From an uncultured Pseudomonadota bacterium (GTDB lineage: Bacteria; Pseudomonadota; Alphaproteobacteria; JACZXZ01): a stretch of DNA of 64,000 bases. The stretch lies in the NCBI GenBank assembly GCA_963749075.1, contig CAVVLJ010000021.1:352001-416000 (forward strand), in the 5' to 3' direction. Shown here piece after piece: positions 9,827-20,999 of the stretch; the first letter of the stretch is position 1, and every line of letters starts with the position of its first letter. The notes beneath the pieces were generated by a model, which did no database searches, had not been told where the DNA came from, and saw only the letters and a list, made by a program, of their open reading frames with translations. Made by a program: the position numbers and the translations under genes.

Positions 9827-10588
9827 TCACTTCGCCTGCATGCGCATGGCGCCGTCGAGGCGGATGCACTCGCCGTTGAGCATCACGTTCTCGATGAGAT
9901 GGAGGCAGAGCCGCGCATACTCGTGGGCATGGCCGAAACGCTGGGGGAAGGGCACCTGGCTTGCGAGGCTCTCCTGCACCGCCTGGGGCATGGTGAGGAG
10001 GAGAGGGGTGGCGATGAGGCCGGGTGCGATCGCCAGCACGCGGATTCCTACGCGGGCGAACTCGCGCGCCGCAGGCAGCGTGAGCGCCACGATGCCGCCC
10101 TTGGAGGCGGCGTAGGCGGCCTGGCCGATCTGACCCTCGAAGGCGGCCACCGAGGCGGTCGAGATGATGACGCCGCGCTCGCCGTCGGCAAGCGCCTCGA
10201 GGTCCATCATGTCGGCGGCGGCGAGGCGCATCATGTTGAAGCTGCCGATCAGGTTCACGCCGATGACCTTGCTGAACTGCTCGAGCGGCATGGGCCCGTC
10301 CTTGCCGACGATGCGCGCTGCCGGTCCGATGCCGGCGCAATTGACGAGGAGGCGCGCCGGCCCCTGCCGCTCGCGCGCCGCGGCGAGTGCTGCCTCGCCG
10401 CTCTTGGCGTCCGACACGTCGCAGCGCACGGCCACCGCACCGATCTCCTCGGCGACGGCCTCGGCAGCGGCCATGTTCACGTCGAGCACGGCGACGCGCG
10501 CCCCCGCCTTCGCGAGATGGCGGGCGGTCTCGGCGCCGAGGCCCGATCCGCCGCCCGTGACGATGGCCGCATGTCCGCGAAGCTCCAT
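9827..10588 (-). CDS. SDR, 3-hydroxyacyl-CoA dehydrogenase type II (HSD10-like)
   Basis: TGGGSGLG, VNCAGI, GQIGQAAYAASKGG, MLNGECIRLDGAMRM. Confidence 0.9.
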   Translation of the reverse strand: MELRGHAAIVTGGGSGLGAETARHLAKAGARVAVLDVNMAAAEAVAEEIGAVAVRCDVSDAKSGEAALAAARERQGPARLLVNCAGIGPAARIVGKDGPMPLEQFSKVIGVNLIGSFNMMRLAAADMMDLEALADGERGVIISTASVAAFEGQIGQAAYAASKGGIVALTLPAAREFARVGIRVLAIAPGLIATPLLLTMPQAVQESLASQVPFPQRFGHAHEYARLCLHLIENVMLNGECIRLDGAMRMQAK

Positions 10589-10700
10589 GGCGTTCCCCTT
10601 CCCGATCGCGATCTGCCGCCGCTCAGGGCGAGGCCGCTTTCCTTAGCAGAAGGGCGGAAGCGAGGCGAGCGCGGCGGCGGTGCAATGGAGGGCCGCCGTC

Positions 10701-11036
10701 TCAGAAGGGATTAAGGCCGCCGAAGAACGAGCTGTTGCGCGACAGCCCCTGGCAGGTGAAGAAGCCCTGGTCCCACCCCTTCTTGAAGTCGAGGTCCGTG
10801 GCGTAGCGCGGATCGCTCTTGGCGTTGGTCCAGCCGGAGCTCGAGGCGTCGGCGCTCTGCGTACCCGCGGGGCAGCCCTGCTCGTAGCCCTCCTTGAAGG
10901 AGGCGCTGCTGTTGGGCGGCGGCTGCCGCGGATCGGGAGCCGGCTTCTTGCTGTCGCCGCCGCCGCCGCAGGCGGCGAGCACCGCGAGGGCCATGGAGAG
11001 GAGGATCACGCCGAGCCAGGCACGCACCACGGTCAT
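10701..11036 (-). CDS. Small lipoprotein of unknown function
   Basis: Lipobox LAAC, then GYEQGC...KGWDQGFFTC two-Cys motif. Confidence 0.7.
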   Translation of the reverse strand: MTVVRAWLGVILLSMALAVLAACGGGGDSKKPAPDPRQPPPNSSASFKEGYEQGCPAGTQSADASSSGWTNAKSDPRYATDLDFKKGWDQGFFTCQGLSRNSSFFGGLNPF

Positions 11037-11179
11037 TCCTTCGCAGTCCTGCCGATTTTTCCGCCCCAGCTTAAGGCGATCGGGCGGCGCTGAGAAGCCT
11101 CGCGTTGGCGAGCCCCTTCCCGCGCCGCTTTCTCCCGTCGTATAGCTATGTCCTCCGAATGGCACAGCGAGTGACGGGA

Positions 11180-13165
<1,986 letters not shown>

Positions 13166-13170
13166 ACGAC

Positions 13171-14358
13171 ATGATGACGACCGTCCTCGGCAGGCCCGTG
13201 CGGCTTGCTGCCCCCTTGCGCGCGGCGATCTCGGCGCTCGAGCCCCAGCTCATCTCCAACGTCTCCAGCCTCGCACTCGGCGATCCGAGCGTGATCCCCT
13301 TATGGTTCGGCGAGTCGGACGTGGCGACGCCCGAATTCATCCGGCGCACCGCCAAGGAGGCGCTCGACAAGGGCGAGACCTTCTACACCCACACGCGCGG
13401 CATCCTGCCCCTGCGCAAGGCCATCGCCGACTACAGCACGGCTCTCTACCGCCGCCCCGTCGGCGTCGAGCGGGTGAGCGTCACCACCGCCGGCATGAAC
13501 GCCATCATGCTGATGATGGAGCTCTCGCTCGAGGCCGGCGACAATGCGGTCATGGTGACGCCGCTGTGGCCCAACGCGGGCGCCGCGGCGCGCATCATGG
13601 GTGCCGAGGTGCTGGAGGTCAGCCTCGCCGAGGAGCAGGGGCGCTGGCGCCTCGACCTCGATCGTCTCTTCGCCGCCTGCGACGCGCGCACGCGCCTCAT
13701 CTTCGTCAATTCGCCGGGCAATCCGACCGGCTGGATGATGAGCCGCGAGGAGCAGCAGGCGGTGCTCGACTTCTGCCGCCGCCGCCGCATCTGGCTCGCC
13801 GCCGACGAGGTCTACGCCCGCATCGTCTACCAGGGCAACGCCGCCCCCTCCTTCCTCGACATCGCCGAGCCTGACGATCCGCTCCTCGTCGCCAACAGCT
13901 TCTCCAAGGCCTGGGCCATGACCGGCTGGCGCATCGGCTGGCTCACCGCACCCGCGGCCTTGGGCGATCTCATCGGCGAGCTCGTGCAGCACAATGTGAG
14001 CGGCGTTGCGACCTTCCTCCAGCCGGCGGCGATCACGGCCCTCAAGGAGGGCGAGCCCTTCGTCAAGGAGATGGTCGAGCGCTGCCGGCGCGGCCGCGAC
14101 ATCGTGGCCGAGCATCTCGCCGAGATCCCGCGCGTGCGCTTCACGCCGCCCGAGGCGGCCTTCTACGCCTTCTTCCAGGTCGAGGGTGCGGACGACACGC
14201 TGGCGCTTGCCAAGCGCCTCGTGCGCGATGCCGGCGTCGGGGTGGCGCCCGGTGCCGCCTTCGGCACGGGCGGCGAGGGTTTCCTCAGGCTCTGCTTCGC
14301 CCAGGCGCCGGAGCTCCTGGCCACCGCCATGGAGCGCCTCAAGCGCGCGCTCGGCTGA
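13171..14358 (+). CDS. PLP-dependent aminotransferase class I/II
   Basis: [34 protein letters not shown]. Confidence 0.9.
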   Translation: MMTTVLGRPVRLAAPLRAAISALEPQLISNVSSLALGDPSVIPLWFGESDVATPEFIRRTAKEALDKGETFYTHTRGILPLRKAIADYSTALYRRPVGVERVSVTTAGMNAIMLMMELSLEAGDNAVMVTPLWPNAGAAARIMGAEVLEVSLAEEQGRWRLDLDRLFAACDARTRLIFVNSPGNPTGWMMSREEQQAVLDFCRRRRIWLAADEVYARIVYQGNAAPSFLDIAEPDDPLLVANSFSKAWAMTGWRIGWLTAPAALGDLIGELVQHNVSGVATFLQPAAITALKEGEPFVKEMVERCRRGRDIVAEHLAEIPRVRFTPPEAAFYAFFQVEGADDTLALAKRLVRDAGVGVAPGAAFGTGGEGFLRLCFAQAPELLATAMERLKRALG

Positions 14359-14473
14359 GGCGGCGCGCGCCCAGATGCCGCTCTGGTTGTCGCCGCCGAT
14401 CGCCTCGCCGCGCGCATCGCCGTCGCGCTCGAATGATCGCCACTTGATTTCCTATTTTTCGTATATACAATAA

Positions 14474-14752
14474 ATGGCGATCGCTTGGAACGAGGCAAAG
14501 CGGCGCCGAACCTTGGCGGAACGAGGCCTGGATTTCGCCGACGCGGAGCAGGCGTTCGCGGGCGGCCATTACACCAGCCTCGACGACCGGCGGGACTATG
14601 GCGAGCCGCGATACATCACAGCCGGCTACGTGAAGGGGCGGTTTGTCGTCATTGTCCGGACGCAGCGCGACGGCGGACGGCGCGTCATTTCGATGAGGTA
14701 CGGACATGAGCGGGAAGAAGAGTGCTACAAAGCGCGAACGGCTCGATCCTGA
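14474..14752 (+). CDS. brnT: BrnT family toxin
   Basis: WNEAKRRRTLAERGLDF, DYGEPRYIT, RRVISMR. Confidence 0.9.
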   Translation: MAIAWNEAKRRRTLAERGLDFADAEQAFAGGHYTSLDDRRDYGEPRYITAGYVKGRFVVIVRTQRDGGRRVISMRYGHEREEECYKARTARS

Positions 14753-14969
14753 TGACGCGCCCGAGCTGACCGAAGAGTGGTTCGAGCGTGCCGACTACTT
14801 CGAGGGCGGCAAGCTCGTCCGCCGCGGCCGACCCAAGTCGGCCTCGCCAAAGGAGGCAGTGAGCCTGCGCCTCGATCCCGATGTGCTCGCGCATTTCCGC
14901 GCCACGGGCCCCGGCTGGCAATCGCGCATCAACGCGGCTCTGCGCAAGGCCGCCGGGCTTCGTTCCTGA
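14706..14969 (+). CDS. brnA: BrnA family antitoxin
   Basis: DPDDAPELTEEWF, RGRPK, VSLRLDPDVLAHFRATGPGWQSRINAAL; overlaps brnT. Confidence 0.9.
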   Translation: MSGKKSATKRERLDPDDAPELTEEWFERADYFEGGKLVRRGRPKSASPKEAVSLRLDPDVLAHFRATGPGWQSRINAALRKAAGLRS

Positions 14970-15131
14970 GAACCGGGTCGGGACCATGCCCCGGCAATTG
15001 CGCGCCTCGCGAGCCACCGCCGGGCCGGCGGCGGGTGGTCAAGGGCGGCGCAGCCGTCGGGCCGGCGATGCGCGGCCGCCAGGCCGCGCACCCTTGATGG
15101 CGGGGCGCCAGTCCGATCTGGAGGATTAGAG

Positions 15132-15581
15132 ATGGCATTCGGATACCGCTACGCGTTGCAGCGGCAGGAGAATGGCTGGTGGCTTGTCCGCTTTCCCGGC
15201 ATCCCCGAAGCGCTGACCGAGGGCGAGACCCAGGAGGAGGCCCGCACCAATGCCGTCGACTGCGTGATCACGGCGCTGGAAGGGTACATGAAGGCCGGTA
15301 GGCCGCTGCCGCGACAGGGTGCCGGTCATAACGGGTGCGAGCGGGCGGTGCTGCCGTCTCTCGTCACCGCCAAGCTGGCGGTCTACGAGACGATGCGCGC
15401 CCGCGGCTGGTCCAAGCTGAAGCTGGCCAAGGAGCTCGGTGCGCCTGAGAATTCGGTGCGCCGTCTGCTCGACCTGCGCCACAACTCGCATATGTGGATC
15501 ATCGACGAGGCGCTGGGCAAGATGAATGCCGAACTGACAATCGATTTGCCGAAGGCGAGGGAGCGCGGCAAGGCGGCGTAA
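15132..15581 (+). CDS. hicB: HicB family antitoxin with C-terminal HTH; no intact hicA adjacent
   Basis: LVRFPGIPEALTEGETQEEARTNAVD...GRPLP, KLAVYETMR...KLAKELG...VRRLLDL. Confidence 0.85.
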   Translation: MAFGYRYALQRQENGWWLVRFPGIPEALTEGETQEEARTNAVDCVITALEGYMKAGRPLPRQGAGHNGCERAVLPSLVTAKLAVYETMRARGWSKLKLAKELGAPENSVRRLLDLRHNSHMWIIDEALGKMNAELTIDLPKARERGKAA

Positions 15582-15722
15582 GCATGGCGAGCGAAGGCCG
15601 TTCCGGCTTTGCGGTCGCACCACGATCTCCGCCGTGTCATCGGCCGTGCCGCCAAAACCTTCGCAATCGGTGCTTGGCGGGAGCTGCCGACGGCGTGGCA
15701 GTGCCTCCGCCTGATCCCGCGC

Positions 15723-16679
15723 TCAGTCGGCCGCCGCCGCCCGACCGCGCGGCCCCGCCCGGTCCTTCGCCGCCTCTTCATGCAGCCAGTCGCGGAAGGC
15801 GCGCACCTTGGGGCGCTCGACCGCGCGCGGCGGATAGACGATGTAATAGGCGAGCGCCACTTTGAGCTCGAGCGCCAAGGGCTTGACGAGGCGGCCCGCC
15901 GCGAGGTCCTCGGCGATGAGCGCCGTGCGCCCGAGCGCCACCCCCTCGCCGTTGATGGCCGCCTCGAGCACCATGCTCGAATGGCTGAAGATGGGGCCGC
16001 GCCCGGCATCGACGCCTTCCACGCCCGCGGCCTTGAGCCACATGCGCCAGCCGACGGCGCTGGGCTCGCCGGGCATGTCCTGGCGCAGCGAGTCCTCCTC
16101 GTGGAGGAGCGTGTGGTGGCGCAGGTCCTGGGGCTTCAGCAGCGGGTGTGCGCCCTTGAGGAGCGCCGGGCTGCACACCGGCACGTAATCGTCGATGGTG
16201 AGCTGCTCGGCGGCGAGGCCGGCGTAGCGGCCGCGCCCGTAGCGGATCGCGAGGTCCACGTCGTCGCGCGTGAAATCGATGAGCTGGTCGTTGGCCTGGA
16301 GGCGCACGTCGATCTCCGGGTGCCGCTCGCGGAAGCGCGCCAGGCGCGGCATCAGCCATTTGGTCGTGAAGGAATAGGTCGTGCTGACGGTGACGCCGCC
16401 CTTCTCGTCGCGCGCGCGCAGCCGCTCGCTCGCCTCCGCCAGCCGCTCCAGGAGCTCGCGCACGGTCCCGACATAGGCCTGGCCCTCGTCCGTCAGCCTG
16501 AGCGCGCGATTGAGCTGGCGGAAGAGCTTGACCCCGAGCGCCTCCTCGAGCGCCTTCACCTGGCGGCTCACCGCGCCGTGGGTCACGTGCAGCTCCTCTG
16601 CCGCCTTGGTGAAGCTCAAATGGCGGGCGGCGGCCTCGAAGTCGGGGAGGGCCTTGAGCGGGGGCAGTCGGCGGGCCAT
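15723..16679 (-). CDS. gcvA: LysR-type regulator, GcvA subfamily
   Basis: RRLPPLKAL..FEAAARHLSFTKAAEELHVTHGAVSRQVKALE, DVDLAIRYGRG. Confidence 0.85.
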   Translation of the reverse strand: MARRLPPLKALPDFEAAARHLSFTKAAEELHVTHGAVSRQVKALEEALGVKLFRQLNRALRLTDEGQAYVGTVRELLERLAEASERLRARDEKGGVTVSTTYSFTTKWLMPRLARFRERHPEIDVRLQANDQLIDFTRDDVDLAIRYGRGRYAGLAAEQLTIDDYVPVCSPALLKGAHPLLKPQDLRHHTLLHEEDSLRQDMPGEPSAVGWRMWLKAAGVEGVDAGRGPIFSHSSMVLEAAINGEGVALGRTALIAEDLAAGRLVKPLALELKVALAYYIVYPPRAVERPKVRAFRDWLHEEAAKDRAGPRGRAAAAD

Positions 16680-16696
16680 GGAAGCCTCGATTTCGT

Positions 16697-16711
16697 GTGA
16701 AATTCACTCAC
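16697..16711. promoter_or_regulatory. LysR recognition box (T-N11-A dyad)
   Basis: GTGA-AATTCAC-TCAC in the divergent region between gcvA and the DUF1127 gene. Confidence 0.55.
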
Positions 16712-16826
16712 GCATCATAAGACAACTAATCGATTGTCGACAAGCAAAAACATCCTTATTTCCTATGCGTAACATCGAACAGCGCAACCGAGGAAGGACT
16801 GAATCCTTCCGATTTATGTGAGGAAT

Positions 16827-17054
16827 ATGACGATGGCAACGCTCCACCTCGACCGTCTCCCCGAAACCCACGGCGCAGCCGGGCTGCGGGCACTCGCGGC
16901 TCTTGCCTGGGCCGGTGCGCGCTTCGAGGAATGGCGCCGGCGGGCGCGTGGGCGGCGCGAGCTCATGGCGCTCGGCGACGACGTGCTCAAGGACATCGGC
17001 CTCGGCCGCAGCGAGGCCTTCCGCGAGTACAGCAAGCCCTTCTGGGAGCGCTGA
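16827..17054 (+). CDS. DUF1127 small protein
   Basis: WRRRARGRRELMALGDDVLKDIGLGRSEAFREYSKPFW. Confidence 0.9.
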   Translation: MTMATLHLDRLPETHGAAGLRALAALAWAGARFEEWRRRARGRRELMALGDDVLKDIGLGRSEAFREYSKPFWER

Positions 17055-17060
17055 GACCGG

Positions 17061-18050
17061 CTATTTGGCGCTCAGCCCCGTGGTGAGCACGAGCTTCCCG
17101 GTGATCTTGCGCTCCATCATGAGGGTGAGCGCCTCGGCCGCCCGCTCCAAGGGAAAGGTGCGCGAGACGAGCGGCTTGAGCTTCCCCGCCTCGTACATGG
17201 AAAAGAGCTCGGCGAAGCTGGCGTGCGCGAGCGCGGGGTCGCGGCGCACGCTCGCCCCCCAGAGCACGCCGATCACCGCGCAGTTCTTGACCAGCACGTA
17301 ATTGGCCGGCGCCGACGGGATGCGCCCCGAGGCGAAGCCGACGACGAGGAGCCGGCCCTCCCAGGCGATGGCGCGCAGCGAGGCGTCGAAGGCGTCGCCG
17401 CCGACGGGATCGAAGACGACGTCCGCACCGTGGCCTTGGGTGAGCGCCTTGACCCGCTCGCGCAGGTCCTCGGAGGCGTAATTGATGCCGTGATCGGCGC
17501 CGTGGGTGCTGGCCACGGCGAGCTTCTCGGCCGAGCTCGCGCCGGCGATCACGGTGGCGCCCATTGCCTTCCCGACCTCGACCGCGGTCAGGCCCACGCC
17601 GCTGGAGGCGCCGTTGACGAGGAGCGTCTCGCCCGCCTTGAGATTGCCGCGGTGCGTGAGGGCGAGATGGGCGGTGCCGTAGGCGACGGCAAAGCCCGCC
17701 GCCGTGGTGAGGTCCATCTTGTCGGGCACGCGGACGGCCTGGGCCTCGCGTACCACCGCCTCTTCGGCGAAGCCGCCGTGGCCCATATAGGCCATGATGC
17801 GGTCGCCCACCTTGAGGCGCTGGACGTCGGCTGCCACCTCGCTCACGACGCCGGCTGCCTCGAGGCCGGGGACGAAGGGGAAGGCGGGCTTCTCCTGGTA
17901 CTTGCCGGCGATCATCAGCGTGTCGGCGAAATTGATGCCGGCGCCGTGCACGGCAAAGCGCACGTGCCCCGGCGGCAGCTCGGGCGCCGCGGTCTCCTCG
18001 CAGCTGAGCGTCGCCGGCCCGCCCCAGGCCTTGCACAGAATGGCGCGCAT
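17061..18050 (-). CDS. NADPH:quinone oxidoreductase (zeta-crystallin/MDR family)
   Basis: GINFADTLMIAGKYQ, PFVPGLEAAG, GASSGVG, DPVGG, GFASGRIP. Confidence 0.92.
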   Translation of the reverse strand: MRAILCKAWGGPATLSCEETAAPELPPGHVRFAVHGAGINFADTLMIAGKYQEKPAFPFVPGLEAAGVVSEVAADVQRLKVGDRIMAYMGHGGFAEEAVVREAQAVRVPDKMDLTTAAGFAVAYGTAHLALTHRGNLKAGETLLVNGASSGVGLTAVEVGKAMGATVIAGASSAEKLAVASTHGADHGINYASEDLRERVKALTQGHGADVVFDPVGGDAFDASLRAIAWEGRLLVVGFASGRIPSAPANYVLVKNCAVIGVLWGASVRRDPALAHASFAELFSMYEAGKLKPLVSRTFPLERAAEALTLMMERKITGKLVLTTGLSAK

Positions 18051-18076
18051 GGCGCTCTCTCTCCTCCTGCCGCGTC

Positions 18077-19114
18077 TCAGCCGAGGCGGCTCCGTATCTC
18101 GCCGGTCGCGATGCCGTTCCAATTGCGTAAGACCGGCCGGGCCACGGCGCCGAGTGCTGCCCAGCTCGCCTCGTCGATGGCGCCGAGATGGCGCAGGATC
18201 GCCGCCGCCGCCACCTCCGAAGCACGCCCGGCGCCATCGTCGATCTTGAGCGCGAGACCGAGGCCGAGTGCCGGCAGTGCCGCGCAATAGACGCCCTCGG
18301 CGCCGCCCTTGACGAGGATGCGTCCGCCGGTCGCCTCCATGAGCACCGTGGCGAAGCGCCCGGTGCCGGACACCATGTCGGGGCGCGCCGCGACCGCGGC
18401 AAGGACGCGCCGCGCCGCGGCTCCGCGCTCGGGCCCAAGCCCGGTCTGGCTCGCCAGGCGCGCCATGCCGAGCGCCAGCGCGCGGATGGGGATGGCGAGC
18501 GTCGGGATGCTGCAGCCGTCGGTCCCCATCGGCGCTGCCGCGAGGTCGACGCCGCACATCTCGCCGACCGTGCGCATCCAGCGCCGCTGCGCCGGATGCT
18601 CGGGGCGGACGTAGCCCTTGGTCGGCTCGCCCAAGTGGCGGGCACCGGAGAGCATGCCCGCATGCTTGCCCGAGCAATTGTTGTGCGCGGCCGTCGGCGC
18701 CGTGCCGGTCCTGAGGAGCGCCTCGCCCGCCGCCGGCGTGGAGGGGAGGTGGGCGCCGCACTCGAGGTCGGCGATGCCGAGCCCCACGCGCGCGAGCCAG
18801 CGCGTCACCGTCTCGACGTGCTTGGGCTCGCCGCCGTGCGACGCGCAGCACAAGGCGAGCTCGGCGTCGTCGAGCGCATAGGCGTCGGCCGCACCGGTCT
18901 CGATGACGGCGATCGCCTGCAGCGGCTTGATCGCCGAGCGGGGATAGACGGCGCGTTCCACGTCGCCCCAGGCGGCGACGCTGCGGCCGCGCGCGTCGAC
19001 CACGGCGGCGGCACCGCGGTGCCGGCTCTCTACGGCCGGGCCGCGCGTCACCTCGATCAGCACGGGATTGGCCTCGAGCGAGAGCGTCGGGCTTGTTTCT
19101 GGCGCGTTCGGCAT
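18077..19114 (-). CDS. L-asparaginase II (Rhizobium AnsA type)
   Basis: VESRHRG, RSAIKPLQA, NNCSGKHAG, DGCSIP, KGGAEG, KIDDG. Confidence 0.92.
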   Translation of the reverse strand: MPNAPETSPTLSLEANPVLIEVTRGPAVESRHRGAAAVVDARGRSVAAWGDVERAVYPRSAIKPLQAIAVIETGAADAYALDDAELALCCASHGGEPKHVETVTRWLARVGLGIADLECGAHLPSTPAAGEALLRTGTAPTAAHNNCSGKHAGMLSGARHLGEPTKGYVRPEHPAQRRWMRTVGEMCGVDLAAAPMGTDGCSIPTLAIPIRALALGMARLASQTGLGPERGAAARRVLAAVAARPDMVSGTGRFATVLMEATGGRILVKGGAEGVYCAALPALGLGLALKIDDGAGRASEVAAAAILRHLGAIDEASWAALGAVARPVLRNWNGIATGEIRSRLG

Positions 19115-19187
19115 CGCTGGCTCTTGTTCTCCCATCGCGCGGTCAAACACCTTGCCTTGGCGCGCCCCGCGGTGCAAGGTGCGAGCC

Positions 19188-19727
19188 ATGCGCGGCTATT
19201 TCGGCATCGGCGTCGAGGGCATCAGCAAGCCCATGAATCTGGGCAGCCTTTGGCGCACGGCCCACGCCTTCGGTGCGGCCTTCGTGTTCACCATCGGCGC
19301 GCAGTACGAGCGGGCGGCGGGCGAGCTCGCGGACACCTCCAAGACCTCGGACCAGGTGCCGCTCCACGAATTCGCCGGCCTCGGGCAGTTCCGCCTGCCG
19401 CGCGGCTGCCTCCTCGTCGGCATCGAGATACTCGACGGCGCCGTGGAGCTGCCGAGCTTCCCCCATCCGCGCCAGGCGGCCTACGTGCTCGGGCCGGAGC
19501 GCGGCGCGCTCTCGCCGGACCTCCTCGCGCGCTGCGCCCACACCGTCAAAATTCCGACCAAATTCTCCGTGAATCTGGCGCTCGCCGGCGCCATCGTCAT
19601 GTACGACCGGCTCTTGAGCCTCGGCCGCTTCGCCGACCGTCCGCTCGCCGCCGGGCAGCAGGCGGCAGCGCTGCCGGAGCCGCACTTCGGGCCGCCCATC
19701 CTGCGGCGCCGGGCGGTCGAGGCCTAG
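19188..19727 (+). CDS. SpoU/TrmH family RNA methyltransferase
   Basis: MRGYFGIGVEGISKPMNLGSL, YVLGPERG, SVNLALAGAIVMYDR. Confidence 0.9.
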   Translation: MRGYFGIGVEGISKPMNLGSLWRTAHAFGAAFVFTIGAQYERAAGELADTSKTSDQVPLHEFAGLGQFRLPRGCLLVGIEILDGAVELPSFPHPRQAAYVLGPERGALSPDLLARCAHTVKIPTKFSVNLALAGAIVMYDRLLSLGRFADRPLAAGQQAAALPEPHFGPPILRRRAVEA

Positions 19728-19777
19728 GGAAGCTTGCGCGCGCAGTTTTGTCACCATGGCATGATCGGAAGGCGCCC

Positions 19778-20350
19778 ATGAAGAGATTATCCGCATTCGC
19801 CCTCGCCCCCGTCTTCGCCGTTGTCTTCGCCTTGGGCGCCTCGACGCTCGCCGCCCAGACGCAGCTCAAATCGGCGGAGAAACCGCAAGACAAGCAGCCG
19901 GGGCAGAAGGCCACGGTCATCGGCACCTACGGCGAGTGGCAGGCGATCACCTACAAGGAGGGCAGCGCCAACACCTGTTACGTCGCGAGCTATCCCAAGA
20001 AGATGGAGGGCCATCAGAGCAAGCCCGGCGAGGCCAATATCCTGGTCACCCATTGGCCGTCCCAGAAGACCTTCGGCGTGGTGAGCGTCACCGGCGGCTT
20101 CGATTACAAGAAGGACAGCACCGTCGAGCTCGCGATCGGCGACGAGAAGTTCTCGCTCTTCACGCAAGGCTCGCGCGGCTGGGCCAAGGAGGGCGAGGAT
20201 CCCAAGATCGTCAAGGCCTTCAAGTCCGGCAAGGACGCCGTCGCCTCGGGCGTCGCCGCGAGCGGCACCAAGACCAGGGACACCTTCTCGCTCGACGGCT
20301 TCACCAAGGCCTATGAGGAGGCGAGCAAGGCCTGCGGCGTCAAACCATGA
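19778..20350 (+). CDS. Invasion-associated locus B (IalB) family periplasmic protein
   Basis: Signal peptide; GTYGEW, TCYVAS, DTFSLDGFTKAYEEASKAC; usual position upstream of rlmN. Confidence 0.85.
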   Translation: MKRLSAFALAPVFAVVFALGASTLAAQTQLKSAEKPQDKQPGQKATVIGTYGEWQAITYKEGSANTCYVASYPKKMEGHQSKPGEANILVTHWPSQKTFGVVSVTGGFDYKKDSTVELAIGDEKFSLFTQGSRGWAKEGEDPKIVKAFKSGKDAVASGVAASGTKTRDTFSLDGFTKAYEEASKACGVKP

Positions 20351-20428
20351 GTACACCGAGTCGGTCCAGCGGCGTGCCGGTAAGCATGGCAATTGACTGG
20401 CGCAAACAGCATTCGGAGACGAGCTCGA

Positions 20429-20987
20429 TTATTTGCTCGACAGTCGGGTGATCTGGACGCGCCTGTTGATGCCGGCGGTCGGATTGGCCGTGTCGTAGAG
20501 CTTCAATTTCCCGAAGCCGATCGCGACGAGCTTCTGCGGATCGAGACCGGCGTGGGCGAGGAGGTAATCGCGCACCGTGCCGGCCCTTGCTTCCGAAAGA
20601 CGCTGGTTGTACTCGACGGAGCCGACCGCATCGGTGTGGCCGGCGATCTCGAAGCGAGCGCCGCGCAGGGACGAATCGCTCAGCGCCTTGCCGAGGACGT
20701 TCGAGCGAGATGATCCCGTCATTGGTGAGCCGCGCGGAATTGAACTCGAAATTGACCATGAGGCTCACCGTGGCCGGCTGCTGAGCCGGCTCGTCGCCCT
20801 CGACGGCGACTCCCCGGTTCGGCACGAAGGCGCGTGTGGGAGTGGGTGGATTGAGGCAGCCCACGATCTCGGACGCGGAGAGGGAGCCGGAGCACGCCGG
20901 GGTGGAGTCCGCAGCACTTGCGGGCAGGAGCCGCGCCGCCGTTGCGATGAAGACCGCTATCAGGAGGAGAATGCGCAGGTCAGGCAT
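20429..20987 (-). CDS. OmpA-like peptidoglycan-binding protein, frameshift at ~20700
   Basis: Signal peptide; VNFEFNSARLT then (after removing one base) LDVLGKAL, FEIAGHTDAVGSVEYNQRLSEARA, NRRVQI. Confidence 0.85.
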
Positions 20988-20999
20988 GGCCGTCCCCGC

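Noticed and set aside
14444-14473. Sigma70 promoter for brnT (TTGATT...TACAAT) with GTATATAC dyad
   Set aside because: The putative -10 lies only 2 bp from the ATG, so the geometry is unconvincing; likely regulatory but not callable
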